Part shown: one piece after another, positions 1 through 9,559 of the stretch | Numbering within the stretch: the first letter of the stretch is position 1 | Layout of the letters: the number at the start of each line of letters is the position of its first letter | DNA from: an uncultured virus (IMG/VR IMGVR_UViG_3300007274_000042) | Lineage: Duplodnaviria > Heunggongvirae > Uroviricota > Caudoviricetes | Virus record (IMG/VR): IMGVR_UViG_3300007274_000042 | Length of the DNA stretch: 64,000 nucleotides | Reading direction: 5' to 3' (one strand) | Notes under the pieces: model-generated | The model's database searches: none | Told to the model about the DNA's origin: nothing | The model's input: the letters and a program-made list of their open reading frames with translations, nothing else | Position numbers and translations under genes: made by a program

Positions 1-526
1 TAGCTGTGTCTTCATCGTGGGTAGTTGCTGCATTTGTTGGGTCATACGCATCAATCGCGTGTGGGTTTTCGCGGTCGTACGTGTTCTTGGTAAATCTTGG
101 GTCGTCATCTTCAAAGAATGGTTCGATGGATATGGACAACTCGCGAGCAAGTCTTGCCGCTCTACGGAACTCGTCTTTATAAAACGGTTCCCATTCGTGA
201 GCTAGGACTACGAGCTTTCGTATTCCCATGATGTATGCCTGAAAGACACCATCAGCAAAAGGATAGCGAGTTGAATAGATAACGGCACCGTTAGTGAAGG
301 TACCGTTCTTGGCTGCTGTAGCGATTGCATGGCATAGACAATCGATCTCTACTTTGCAGTCAGCTAGTAGTGACCGTCCGTCGCCAATGATCTCTCTGTC
401 TCGCACAATCACGCAGCCACCAGGGGCAGCAGGGTGTGTGCTTGCTTGAGCAATTGTTTTAGCTACAGACATATAGAACAAATCTTTGTTCTTTATATAA
501 GTGGGGTCACCTTTAGGGCTAGTCAT
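1..526 (-). CDS. dCMP/cytidine deaminase-fold protein with degenerate Zn site (runs off the window edge)
   Basis: Own translation: MTSPKGDPTYIKNKDLFYMSVAKTIAQAS...GCVIVRDREIIGDG...HAIATAAKNG...GAVIYSTRYPFADG...MGIRKLVV follows the deaminase layout but lacks HAE and PCxxC. Confidence 0.7.
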   Translation of the reverse strand, partial: MTSPKGDPTYIKNKDLFYMSVAKTIAQASTHPAAPGGCVIVRDREIIGDGRSLLADCKVEIDCLCHAIATAAKNGTFTNGAVIYSTRYPFADGVFQAYIMGIRKLVVLAHEWEPFYKDEFRRAARLARELSISIEPFFEDDDPRFTKNTYDRENPHAIDAYDPTNAATTHDEDTA

Positions 527-581
527 CTCGCATATTCTCTGCTTCTTTCTTATAGTAGGAAGAGAATAGAGGAAACGTGAG

Positions 582-920
582 ATGAATAACTTTGATAATC
601 AGGACAAATTTCAAGGTTCGTGGAGCTTGTACGAGAATATCGATCAGCTCACACAGGCAGGGTTCTGGACAAAGAACGATGATGTAATCTTTGGTGCTGC
701 TGGAGAAGATCGTGTGAACTCACCAGCGCATTACACGCAAGGTACGCAGGAAGCGATCGATATTATCGAAGAAGCTATTGACGCAGCGCCGTCTGTCCAG
801 GCGGGTATGCTCCAGGCTCAGGTCCTCAAATATCTTTTGCGCATTTGGCACAAAGACAATCCTCGCCAGGATGCAGAGAAAGCTGAGTGGTATCTGAAGC
901 GTTTAATTGATTCGCTATGA
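582..920 (+). CDS. DUF3310 (SaV / T7 gp1.7-like) protein
   Basis: VNSPAHY..G..EAIDII...KYLLR..K...D..KA.WYL motif set. Confidence 0.8.
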   Translation: MNNFDNQDKFQGSWSLYENIDQLTQAGFWTKNDDVIFGAAGEDRVNSPAHYTQGTQEAIDIIEEAIDAAPSVQAGMLQAQVLKYLLRIWHKDNPRQDAEKAEWYLKRLIDSL

Positions 921-921
921 T

Positions 922-943
922 GTTAAAGCACCCGACAGGGTGC
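922..943 (-). promoter_or_regulatory. Hairpin element 1
   Basis: Plus strand GTTAAA-GCACCC-GACA-GGGTGC, between convergent genes. Confidence 0.7.
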
Positions 944-946
944 CTG

Positions 947-1360
947 TTAACAGCGGCGGAAGTGTAGATATCCGTGGTGTAACTCTAGAGTCTCGTGATC
1001 GAGAACGTGCTGTGAAAGTGCATCATATACGTCGTTACAACCTAGGGTCGTGTGGTTAAAGTGAACGGAGATACCCTCAGACAACTGAGGTTCAGCCGGT
1101 TGATACCAACGGATAGGTGATAGAAAATCAGACAACTCATTTACTTGAGACACCCAACTGTTCAGTTCCTCTAGGCGCTGAGCAGTTTTTATAATGTGCT
1201 GCTCGTGTGCTTCAGCGACAGGCAGATTAGGAATGTTATTGCTGAGCAGAGCGTGCTTCCACATCAACGTCCCATCTTTCTGGATGAGTCGGCAAGGGTG
1301 AACTTTGGTTCCACTAGGCAGGCTGTAAAAGTAATTAGGATTAATATGCTTAGACATCAC
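947..1360 (-). CDS. Hypothetical protein
   Basis: 137-aa ORF overlapping the stop of the upstream gene. Confidence 0.6.
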   Translation of the reverse strand: MMSKHINPNYFYSLPSGTKVHPCRLIQKDGTLMWKHALLSNNIPNLPVAEAHEQHIIKTAQRLEELNSWVSQVNELSDFLSPIRWYQPAEPQLSEGISVHFNHTTLGCNDVYDALSQHVLDHETLELHHGYLHFRRC

Positions 1361-1960
1361 AGTTCTCCTTTAGCAGTTTCATAGTAGTCAAGGTCTTTAG
1401 CCCAGTTGTCACCGGCATACTCGTTGTAAATGACTCGACCTACATCTCTGAAAGTGTTGTAGAAGAGAGTTACTTTATCGATATCTGTAAGCGCATGATC
1501 CTGTGGTGGACCGTAGACCACAAGGTTCCAAGTAGATGGAGACACTGTTTCAAACCCGGTAGCTGTAGCGCGGAGCTGCTTGATTCGTTTGAACGGGATA
1601 CACAATGGGTAGTCCCAGACCACAGGAGCTGCACGGAGCAGTTCAGAAGCACTAGCAAAGTAGACGAAGCTCTTGATATAGCCATTGCGATACTCGTTAA
1701 TACATTTGTTCAACCAGATTCGGCAGTCACGGACAGCACCCTTGGGTGATACCCAGACGTTGCCGTGCCAGTGTTCCTTCAATGGATTGTTCTCGATGCC
1801 AGGTACAGACGTAGCATCTACCAACACCTGCTGAACGGGATCAGAGGTGGGGTCATAGTCAATGGAACCCATCACTTGACGGGCACGTTCGATGAGCTGT
1901 GGTGTTGGGTAGAGAGGAAGTTTAAGTCCTTTGGCTGCGAGCTTATCCGCTAAATTCTTC
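1357..1960 (-). CDS. Phage N6-adenine methyltransferase-like protein with degenerate motif IV (start lies in or near the N gap)
   Basis: PTPQLIERARQVMGSIDYDPTS...W.G.VWVSPKG; the NPPY position reads SPKG. Confidence 0.6.
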
Positions 1961-2374
1961 NNNNNNNNNNNNNNNNNNNNNNNNNNNNTCTTGGCTCCCA
2001 CCTGCTTCGACAGCAAAAGTTCTTGTTCCTGCATCAGATATTAGAGTAATTAGTACGTTCTTAGACCAGTCATTCTCGTCAATCTCTTCCATCAACCCGC
2101 GCAAGAACTCAAGGATATCTTCGTCACCTTCTCGTTCAGCAATACGGATGTCGAATTCGACAGCGTGGCCTGACATAAAGGTGGTGGAGTCGTTGCACAG
2201 ATTGATCACAAGTGATCCAGCGCCGTGCTTCTCTACTCCAGTGCAAGAAATGTCGATCAGATCCATAAGGATCAACTCGGCAGTTGCAACTAGGAACTTT
2301 TGTTCGTTGGTTTTCTCCTCGCCAAATTTATCAGAGGCGATGAGTTGTTGTAGCAAGTCGTTTCTTCTAGACAT
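1943..2374 (-). CDS. Hypothetical protein (contains N gap)
   Basis: 143-aa ORF in the operon. Confidence 0.6.
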   Translation of the reverse strand: MSRRNDLLQQLIASDKFGEEKTNEQKFLVATAELILMDLIDISCTGVEKHGAGSLVINLCNDSTTFMSGHAVEFDIRIAEREGDEDILEFLRGLMEEIDENDWSKNVLITLISDAGTRTFAVEAGGSQXXXXXXXXXXEEFSG

Positions 2375-2406
2375 ATTCGAATGACTCTTTGTTTAGGTTA
2401 AGTAAT

Positions 2407-3213
2407 TTATTCTTCTGATGTGGAGTTTTCCTCATTATCAGTAGGCTTTTTCAAGCTATCAGGGTTAGGTATTGCTTGTTGACTAGGGTGTCGTCCCGCC
2501 AACATATCCGCAAGCACTGCTTCAAAGCGTTCGCCAAACCCTGTATCTACATCAAACATCAATGCAGCACGTGCATCGTGTTCGTCTTGAGCGATGAGCT
2601 TCTCTTGTTCTTTGAGAGCTTCTTCCATTACATACTCAGCAACTTGTTGCTTGAGAGTGTGTAGCTCACATGCGAGCTCAAAACTTTCTAGATAGGAATC
2701 GTGGTCAACAAAGACCCCAATTTTCTGGGGTATTAAATGGAAAGGGTTACAGCAGTACTTGTTACCGCAGGTAGTTTTAACTCCAGCAAAGCCTAGGTCT
2801 CCCCAGGTAAACCACATCGCAACACGTTGAGGGTGGTGCTGAGTGGAGGAAGAGATGCCGTGCCTACGCCAGCTGAACTGAGGCATCCCAGTCCGTTGAT
2901 TAATACAACCCTTCCAGTCCCAGCATTCATCGGGTGCACCGATCTCTACTTGTGACCAGAACTTAAGTGCTCGCTTCTGTTCTTTCTTTAGGAGACGGCC
3001 GATGTCGAAAGACATCCGTCCCTCACGAGCAGAGGCTACGCAACGGCAGCAGGCTTGGTGACTATCGAAACGCATTGAGGTGGAGCTGAACCTACCGATG
3101 CTGTGACCGGCATAGATACAGAGCTCACCTTCCTCAGCTGTGTTGCTGAGCTGTAGGTTGCGCCGTCCATATGTATGACCACCACGTTTCTTGGCAGGCT
3201 GTGCTTCAGACAT
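2407..3213 (-). CDS. HNH/His-Me-like Zn-binding protein with degenerate active site
   Basis: FWSQVE...ECWDWKG...RVAMWFTWG...TTCGNKYCCNPFHL. Confidence 0.6.
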   Translation of the reverse strand: MSEAQPAKKRGGHTYGRRNLQLSNTAEEGELCIYAGHSIGRFSSTSMRFDSHQACCRCVASAREGRMSFDIGRLLKKEQKRALKFWSQVEIGAPDECWDWKGCINQRTGMPQFSWRRHGISSSTQHHPQRVAMWFTWGDLGFAGVKTTCGNKYCCNPFHLIPQKIGVFVDHDSYLESFELACELHTLKQQVAEYVMEEALKEQEKLIAQDEHDARAALMFDVDTGFGERFEAVLADMLAGRHPSQQAIPNPDSLKKPTDNEENSTSEE

Positions 3214-3449
3214 CAGAAATCTCCTTCAGGTTTGACGTGAGTACCACCGTGTGCTGGGTACTGCTGTTCTTCTGGGAGCAATGCCAGTTGGTGATTTAGT
3301 TTGCGCTCAAAGCGAGTGCTGTTTTCGAACTTGATCATCACTAGTTTTGCTCGTCCGGTGTAGTACTCAGGGCGACCAACAACAAGTGCGGTGCGATGAC
3401 CGGGCAGGACAGTAACGCGCTGGCCGATCATGATATCTTCTGCTTTCAT
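3213..3449 (-). CDS. Small SH3/KOW-like hypothetical protein
   Basis: IMIGQRVTV..G...ALVVG...VMIKFE. Confidence 0.5.
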   Translation of the reverse strand: MKAEDIMIGQRVTVLPGHRTALVVGRPEYYTGRAKLVMIKFENSTRFERKLNHQLALLPEEQQYPAHGGTHVKPEGDF

Positions 3450-3492
3450 TTGAATCTTATTTATGTATTGAACCTAGTAGTTAAAGTGTAAT

Positions 3493-5730
3493 TTAAAAGT
3501 CGTTGAGAATGTGACCTTCATCGATAGGATCACTCTCAGGACGCTTCCAAATACGAATGGATTTAGACTTTCCAGTAACAGTATCTTTGCGGCTAGTGAC
3601 TTGCCTACGCCAGCCCATAGCCTGAAGTACATCCGCTACACGGCGTCCTTCTCTACGTCCTTGTGAACGTGGATCGAGTTCCAATGCTTTGCTGAGAACT
3701 TCAGCAGCAGTGACCTCAGTACGGATGGTTACATACGCAGCAATCTTATCCATCCAAGGATCTGGATCACCAAACTCTTGGATGTAATCTGAAATCTGAG
3801 CAATCTCTCCAGCCGTAAACTCGTGCGGTTGTTCTTGCCGGTAAGCTTGAACTGCCGCAGCCCACAGACTATCACGCTCAGCGATCATTTGCCGCCAAGG
3901 AATAAGAAAGTTTGCTCCGACTTCCAGAGGGATGAAGCGTCTATTTCCTGTAGAGTCCACCAGAAACTGGTTACGGTTAGTAGTACCAATAAGAACAAAA
4001 CGACGAGCAAGCTTAGAAGGAAGAGATGCGTAGGGGAATCTAACTTCATCGACACGTGTAGTAATTAAGTTCTTGAAGTTCTCGATGTTGCGTGTATTGA
4101 AGTAGTTATCAATCTCAGGAAGCTCCAAGAGCCACGCAACGTGTAATCGATACTGTTCTTTCATCAGTGTATCCAGAGGAGTACTGACTTCAGAGAACAG
4201 TCCAGTTGGTACAAGTGAGCGGGAGAACATTGACTTACCAACACCCTGTGCGCCCACAAGGATTGGGAGCCAAGACATCTCACAGCCAGGGTTGTAAGCC
4301 CTTGCTACAGCTCCGATCATCATCCGCTGCATAGCCAGTGTGGCTAGGCGGTGCTTGTTACCAAGGAAGATCTCACCGATGTTGTCCCACTGTTCGTGAG
4401 GCTTAGCGTGAGCAGCACATCCATCGAGGTAACGACGGATGGGACAGTACTGATTACGGTTAGCGGCGTATTGAACTGCTGCCTTGACACGCATCTCAGG
4501 AATAAAGACACCGTTCTCACAGCTGAGTTTGGTAGTCATCAGGTCAAGCTGATTGCCTTCCATGACAATCGTCTTGCCGTTGCTGTCTGTATATTCAATC
4601 GCGTTCGTCAGTTCATTACGACGCAGGTCAGTGAGAATTTCTTTGACCTTACGGACATCATCCGCACGCTCTTTCGCGGCGTCGTCTGAGGACTTTTTTG
4701 GCCGTCCTCTCTTGACTACTGCCTGAGATTGATCAGGCACTGGCTCCATAGCCACGTCATCTTGAAGCATATCTCCTCCTGAAGTTATTGTTTGTACAAA
4801 TGAACCGAAGTCCGGCACTGGATCGAACTCGGTGTACCCCGTTGCTGTACCCACAGCACCGAAGCGAAGGTGACTAGGAAGTGCTCTAGTCCAAGCCTTA
4901 TCTTGTTTCTTTGCCAGCGAATAAAGTTTAGTATGACCGCCGTACTTACCGAGACCTCGCCACTTAAATGGCTTGGTATTCTCTGGTTTTTCTCCATGGT
5001 GTCCACGTAGGACCCAGTCAACCCAGTCATTAAAGAGTGCCTTACCTACGCCAGCACAGGCAGCCATGACAGGTAGGTAGTACTCTTCGTACTCGCCGTC
5101 TTCTGAGGGCCGTAGGAACTCACGCAGGAGCCACTGACAGCGTCTCACGTCAAGGTCCGTGACCTCACTAGACGTGAACTCCACCTCATCTTCATAGGCG
5201 ATGTCTTGAAGTAGGAACTCGGGTACAGCTTCTACTTCTTCGTTGTATTTAAACTCAGCTTTCTGGTTACCAAACCATAGTCTTTCTGGTTTTTGCCCGC
5301 AGTTGTCCTTGAGCTTGTCGAGACCTAGGTCAGCAAGCAATCGGTTAACCACAAGCCAGTAAGCACCACGGTGCTGAGCAACTGACTCAAGCTCCATAGC
5401 CAACGGGAAGATGGCACGGAACCTGTGCTCCTGCTCTGAGTGAGAGGAGCTGGTGTATGTAGCCGCACACCACTGACGAGCTGTCGTAGTGGACCAGAAG
5501 CGTGCGAGCGTTGTGTCACCGTCAATGTCAATGACGATGACGTTTGAACCACAAGCATTGTCTGTAAGCCGATGGCGGTTAGCAAAATGTGTCGAACACC
5601 ATCCATAGCCAGCCTTGACCCAGCCCTCTAGCCAGGTCACAGGCTCTTGAATGTTGAGCCAACCATGGGCTACATCTTGTGGGTTTGTCTTGTTTAGACA
5701 GCCCTTATTAACTGCTAGCTTTAGCTTCAA
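3493..5730 (-). CDS. Primase-helicase (primase-like N-terminus, PriCT-2-like domain, VirE/VapE ATPase)
   Basis: IDIDG and YTSSSH...RFRAIFP; Walker A GAQGVGKS; GTTNRNQFLVDSTGNRRF; probable TTG start at 5730 with GGAGG upstream. Confidence 0.85.
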   Translation of the reverse strand: MKLKLAVNKGCLNKTNPQDVAHGWLNIQEPVTWLEGWVKAGYGWCSTHFANRHRLTDNACGSNVIVIDIDGDTTLARFWSTTTARQWCAATYTSSSHSEQEHRFRAIFPLAMELESVAQHRGAYWLVVNRLLADLGLDKLKDNCGQKPERLWFGNQKAEFKYNEEVEAVPEFLLQDIAYEDEVEFTSSEVTDLDVRRCQWLLREFLRPSEDGEYEEYYLPVMAACAGVGKALFNDWVDWVLRGHHGEKPENTKPFKWRGLGKYGGHTKLYSLAKKQDKAWTRALPSHLRFGAVGTATGYTEFDPVPDFGSFVQTITSGGDMLQDDVAMEPVPDQSQAVVKRGRPKKSSDDAAKERADDVRKVKEILTDLRRNELTNAIEYTDSNGKTIVMEGNQLDLMTTKLSCENGVFIPEMRVKAAVQYAANRNQYCPIRRYLDGCAAHAKPHEQWDNIGEIFLGNKHRLATLAMQRMMIGAVARAYNPGCEMSWLPILVGAQGVGKSMFSRSLVPTGLFSEVSTPLDTLMKEQYRLHVAWLLELPEIDNYFNTRNIENFKNLITTRVDEVRFPYASLPSKLARRFVLIGTTNRNQFLVDSTGNRRFIPLEVGANFLIPWRQMIAERDSLWAAAVQAYRQEQPHEFTAGEIAQISDYIQEFGDPDPWMDKIAAYVTIRTEVTAAEVLSKALELDPRSQGRREGRRVADVLQAMGWRRQVTSRKDTVTGKSKSIRIWKRPESDPIDEGHILNDF

Positions 5731-6484
5731 ATCTTGCCTCCATATCGTGAAATTGTTTACAACGCTTAAGGAATCTGCTCTCATGCAGTTCCAATTGATC
5801 ACCGTCTATAAATATTGCTTGGCTAGTTTCCGGAGTGGAAACAATAATCAACGCAACATCGCAATGATAACCTGTTCTCTCTTCGAGTGCTAGTCGGTAT
5901 GCCGACATTTGCTGCGCACATTTAGTATATTTTCTGAAGCCTCCAAAGCCAATGCGATCACCACGATCAGGGAACGATGAGTGATACGGAGCGTTACTTG
6001 TTTTGAAGTCAGCGATGACACGCACGCCACCGATCTCTCCGATCAAGTCGGGGCAGCCAGCGTACAAATGTTCTGTGCTCCAGACGTAAGCAACCTCTCT
6101 GTCATCACTACGCAGGTGGTTCCAGTCAGGACGCAGTGGTCGCTCGGACCAATGGATCTCATCAAACCAATCTAAATACTGGCTTATTCCATCCCAGAAG
6201 GGTTGGTATTGTTCAGGAACTCCTGGGTCAATTCCCCGAAGATAGTTTTCACATCCGAGGTGAATGGCAGAGCCCCTGGTGCTTGCCTCTTCCAGGGCAC
6301 CTGGGTTTCGTTGTTGCCACTGCTTGAGTCCGGCTTTGGACTTCTCTGATTCAGTTGCTGAGAGGACTGTTGTAACGCTTGGCATGTACAGGCCGGAGCA
6401 CAAGTACTTGCGATAGCCGCTTGGCGTTTGGATTCTGTATGGTTTTTCTTCAGCTGGCTCAGGGGCCAGGGGGGTAGTAGACAT
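5708..6484 (-). CDS. PD-(D/E)XK exonuclease
   Basis: PSVTTVL, RGSAIH, YAGCPDLIG, ADFKTS, QMSAY. Confidence 0.85.
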   Translation of the reverse strand: MSTTPLAPEPAEEKPYRIQTPSGYRKYLCSGLYMPSVTTVLSATESEKSKAGLKQWQQRNPGALEEASTRGSAIHLGCENYLRGIDPGVPEQYQPFWDGISQYLDWFDEIHWSERPLRPDWNHLRSDDREVAYVWSTEHLYAGCPDLIGEIGGVRVIADFKTSNAPYHSSFPDRGDRIGFGGFRKYTKCAQQMSAYRLALEERTGYHCDVALIIVSTPETSQAIFIDGDQLELHESRFLKRCKQFHDMEARFEAKASS

Positions 6485-6834
6485 AGTTTTTCTTTGTGTA
6501 TTTTTCGATGACAGCTCACGCACAGCGGAATACATTTCAGCACTTCATCCCACCAGGCAGAATGATTTCTGCTGGTGTGACCAATGTTGAATTTCTTTTC
6601 GCTTTCGTCTACGTGATGCCAGTCAATCATGTCGGGATCTGATTCGTCGCAGAACAGACACCCAAACTGTGCGAGGATATTTTTACGGAAGTCTCGATTG
6701 CGTTCGGCTACTTTCTTAGATTCGCGGAGAATTTTTTCTCTATTGCGTTTGTAGAACTCTTTCTTTTCGGCGCGAATACGTTCCTGGTTATCCAGGTAGT
6801 ACTCACGCCTAGCTTCCGGGGAAGACCTACCCAT
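6184..6834 (-). CDS. HNH endonuclease
   Basis: CLFC...DWHHVD...KCIPLCVSCHRKIH; tail overlaps the exonuclease gene. Confidence 0.75.
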   Translation of the reverse strand: MGRSSPEARREYYLDNQERIRAEKKEFYKRNREKILRESKKVAERNRDFRKNILAQFGCLFCDESDPDMIDWHHVDESEKKFNIGHTSRNHSAWWDEVLKCIPLCVSCHRKIHKEKLCLLPPWPLSQLKKNHTESKRQAAIASTCAPACTCQALQQSSQQLNQRSPKPDSSSGNNETQVPWKRQAPGALPFTSDVKTIFGELTQEFLNNTNPSGME

Positions 6835-7133
6835 TAGAAGTCTTCCGACGCTTGGTAAGTTGCGCCTTGATCTGTAGCTGTGGTCTGTTCATGAAACATG
6901 GCATACAGCTGCCCCACTGCTTGACCAGTAGCTTCAACAACTTGGCCAATGGCAGCAAGCTGTTGAGAGAGAGCAGCAACCTCTTGACGCAGAGCGATGG
7001 TGTGATCCATCAGCGACGGAGGTTTAGTAATTGGAGCAGGTGCAGGAGCAGCCTGTGGTTGTGGCTGCTGTGCTTGGTTCATGATTTGTGCAATACGCTC
7101 CTGCATTTCAGGAGGGAGATTTTCAATAGACAT
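6834..7133 (-). CDS. Hypothetical coiled-coil protein
   Basis: 99-aa ORF with start/stop overlaps on both sides. Confidence 0.6.
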   Translation of the reverse strand: MSIENLPPEMQERIAQIMNQAQQPQPQAAPAPAPITKPPSLMDHTIALRQEVAALSQQLAAIGQVVEATGQAVGQLYAMFHEQTTATDQGATYQASEDF

Positions 7134-7873
7134 TAGAATTCAGTTTCCTCTTCTTCTACTTTTGCTTTGGCGGTGGTGGGAGATACGTGGGCACCACGTT
7201 TGTCTGTGCCGCCAGAAGGAAGACCTTTCTCGTCAGTTTGTTTGCCGTCGAAAGGATCTTTTCCCTCGAAAAAATTTGGAAGCCAGATTGATTCTTTCTG
7301 GGACTCCCATTCCTTTGCAATCTTGTCAGGTACCTTTCGTACTTTCGGAAGAATGCTATATGTAGTCTCAAGGCCAGTACCTTTACGGGAGATTTTAATT
7401 GAAAAATTTGCCAATCCATGTTCAGTCCAGGTATAGTCTTCGATTTCTTGGAGGATTTCAGTGAGCTGATCACGCAAAGACTTCTGCTCAATGAACAGAA
7501 CCTCCAGTCGTCCGCGTGCTGCTGAGGTTGCTACCCAAGCAAGGAACCGCCGTGGCTTGACGAAGGATCCGTCGATCTTGGGACGGTCGGGTTTGGACCA
7601 ATCGGTTTCTCTGGCGAGGTCGTCGGGCGTTCCAGGATGGGAACGAGTAACCACGTAGCCATTAAAACGAAGGTCACCAGTCTTAGCATCACGGCATTCG
7701 GATGCGTACTGCCAACCCACGACGCTATGTCCTGTCTCGTAACATCCGAGCAGTCGAAACTCTTCTGACTCCCCATCTTTGAGGGAGGAAGGTTTCCAGT
7801 AGAGATTTTCTTTGGTTTCAATTTTATCTTTGGGGGCCTCCAACATTTCGGGAGGTAAAACTTGTAGGGTCAT
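7133..7873 (-). CDS. Putative ssDNA-binding protein (gp32-like) with acidic tail
   Basis: LKDGES..FRLLG, ISRKGTGLETTYSILP, C-terminus EEEETEF; located in the replication operon. Confidence 0.55.
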   Translation of the reverse strand: MTLQVLPPEMLEAPKDKIETKENLYWKPSSLKDGESEEFRLLGCYETGHSVVGWQYASECRDAKTGDLRFNGYVVTRSHPGTPDDLARETDWSKPDRPKIDGSFVKPRRFLAWVATSAARGRLEVLFIEQKSLRDQLTEILQEIEDYTWTEHGLANFSIKISRKGTGLETTYSILPKVRKVPDKIAKEWESQKESIWLPNFFEGKDPFDGKQTDEKGLPSGGTDKRGAHVSPTTAKAKVEEEETEF

Positions 7874-7927
7874 ATGTGAATTTCATCGACTTATTTAATA
7901 TAAGAAGAACAGTTGTAAAATGTGGGG

Positions 7928-8527
7928 TTAATTAAAGCACACGTTGAATGAGATAGATATTCTATCGTCGTCACTTTGGTTAGGCATAACTAAGTGCTGT
8001 AGCCATCCAGGGAATAAAACAATCTGATCTTGCTCAGGTATGTGATCGTGTGCTGTGGCATTTGATGGCATCCACTCTGACACCAAGTGTTCAGGGATGT
8101 CTCTGTGCATTATTTCAAAGCCAGGGTTGTAGAAAACTAAATTAGAGTTAGCATCTTTAGGGACTTTGACGTAGTACACACCAGCAACTTGAATTGTTGG
8201 GTGAGTGTGCAGCAGGTTGCCGTTACCTCTGCCATTTATATTTACCCAGATATTATTGATGCCCCACTTACGTATCTGTAAGCGGAGCACGTTTTGAGCG
8301 TAAGTTTTTGCTGTTTGTTGTATAGCAGTAATCAATCCAGATGCTTTTAAAAACATCTCGTCAGCTCTCATGTCTTCTGATTGCCAGCCACCAAGATTGC
8401 TTTTCTTACGACCAGAAGAAAGGTCTCTTAACTGATAGCACCATTGAGTGATGTCATCAGTGTCAAGACCTAACTTCCCATGGTAAATCGCTGTAATAAA
8501 TAAAGGCTCAAGCGATATCTTTCGCAT
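7928..8527 (-). CDS. 2OG-Fe(II) oxygenase (TIGR02466-like)
   Basis: SNLGGWQS, WVNIN...HTHP...GVYYV, LFPGWLQHLV.PN...RISISFN. Confidence 0.85.
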   Translation of the reverse strand: MRKISLEPLFITAIYHGKLGLDTDDITQWCYQLRDLSSGRKKSNLGGWQSEDMRADEMFLKASGLITAIQQTAKTYAQNVLRLQIRKWGINNIWVNINGRGNGNLLHTHPTIQVAGVYYVKVPKDANSNLVFYNPGFEIMHRDIPEHLVSEWMPSNATAHDHIPEQDQIVLFPGWLQHLVMPNQSDDDRISISFNVCFN

Positions 8528-8832
8528 CAGCCAAGGACGATCTTACAAACTCCTTTGTAGCTCATCTCACCATCGAAGTAATCATCGATTGCATTCTTGG
8601 CTTCACGTTCAAGCTTGCTATCGACTTTAGAGAACAGCCATTCATAGCAGTTCTTAGTCAGTTCATCCTTCATGGCCTGAACTTCTGCTTGTGCAGTTGT
8701 CATTTCCAAGGACTTGTTAGTCAGTGCAGTGGTAGCTGAGAGCTGTCCAGCAATAGGCACAGCAACTACCAAGCCAACAGCACCGCCTACCACGGTACGG
8801 ATAATGTTATTGATGTCAAATGTGATGTTCAT
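8527..8832 (-). CDS. Hypothetical membrane protein
   Basis: N-terminal hydrophobic helix. Confidence 0.55.
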   Translation of the reverse strand: MNITFDINNIIRTVVGGAVGLVVAVPIAGQLSATTALTNKSLEMTTAQAEVQAMKDELTKNCYEWLFSKVDSKLEREAKNAIDDYFDGEMSYKGVCKIVLG

Positions 8833-8862
8833 AATTAAAAGTTAGGTGTATCTAGGTCTGGA

Positions 8863-9522
8863 TCAGTAGTCGGGGGTGGGGTCCACCTCGTTGTAACCGG
8901 CTGCCGACCCGTTTGTTTGAGGATTTCGGTTGCTTCGCTTTGAATCTTTTCGAGTCGTGAAGTCAGACGCAACAATGGCTCGATAAGGAGAGTCGTTGTC
9001 GTCTTTGCGGTACTCGCGGAGATAACCTTGAACGCAAATAGGGCGTCCTTTACGAAGGCGGTCTTCAAGTTTTGCTTTTCGTGAGTCATGGGTTTCAAGA
9101 TATAGCCAGGTAACTACATCAGAGTTATCGAGAGTTGTTCCAATTTTAACGGCGAGCTGACTATTCTTACGCTCGGTGACACGATCATCACCGAAGAAAG
9201 CGTTGCCAAGTACCACTTGATTGCAGTACATATCTTGAGGGATATTAGTTTCAATCGTAGAAACAATCAGATCGTATGGCTTGCTTGTGTCATCAGAGAA
9301 GACAAGGTTGCCAGTGATCAAAGCTCTGTTCCCTTCTTTCCAACCGGTAAAGGAATCAAGCTTGGCTCCAGCGCGGTCGTAGCAGAGGAGCCGGACTCGG
9401 ACCTCTGAAGGACCGCTGCCAGCGGGGATAACAGCATCAGCAGTGCGATAAGACAACCCGTAAGCAGTGACGGGATCTGGGCTAGTGGATTTGAGTACAA
9501 CAGTTGCGGCAATAAAGTTCAT
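8863..9522 (-). CDS. Tandem OB-fold, SSB-like protein
   Basis: Two SSB-like signatures: KEGNRALITGNL and NQVVLGN...RKGRPICVQGYLRE. Confidence 0.6.
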   Translation of the reverse strand: MNFIAATVVLKSTSPDPVTAYGLSYRTADAVIPAGSGPSEVRVRLLCYDRAGAKLDSFTGWKEGNRALITGNLVFSDDTSKPYDLIVSTIETNIPQDMYCNQVVLGNAFFGDDRVTERKNSQLAVKIGTTLDNSDVVTWLYLETHDSRKAKLEDRLRKGRPICVQGYLREYRKDDNDSPYRAIVASDFTTRKDSKRSNRNPQTNGSAAGYNEVDPTPDY

Positions 9523-9559
9523 TATTTGCTATTCATTTACCAGCCTCTACTATAAGATC

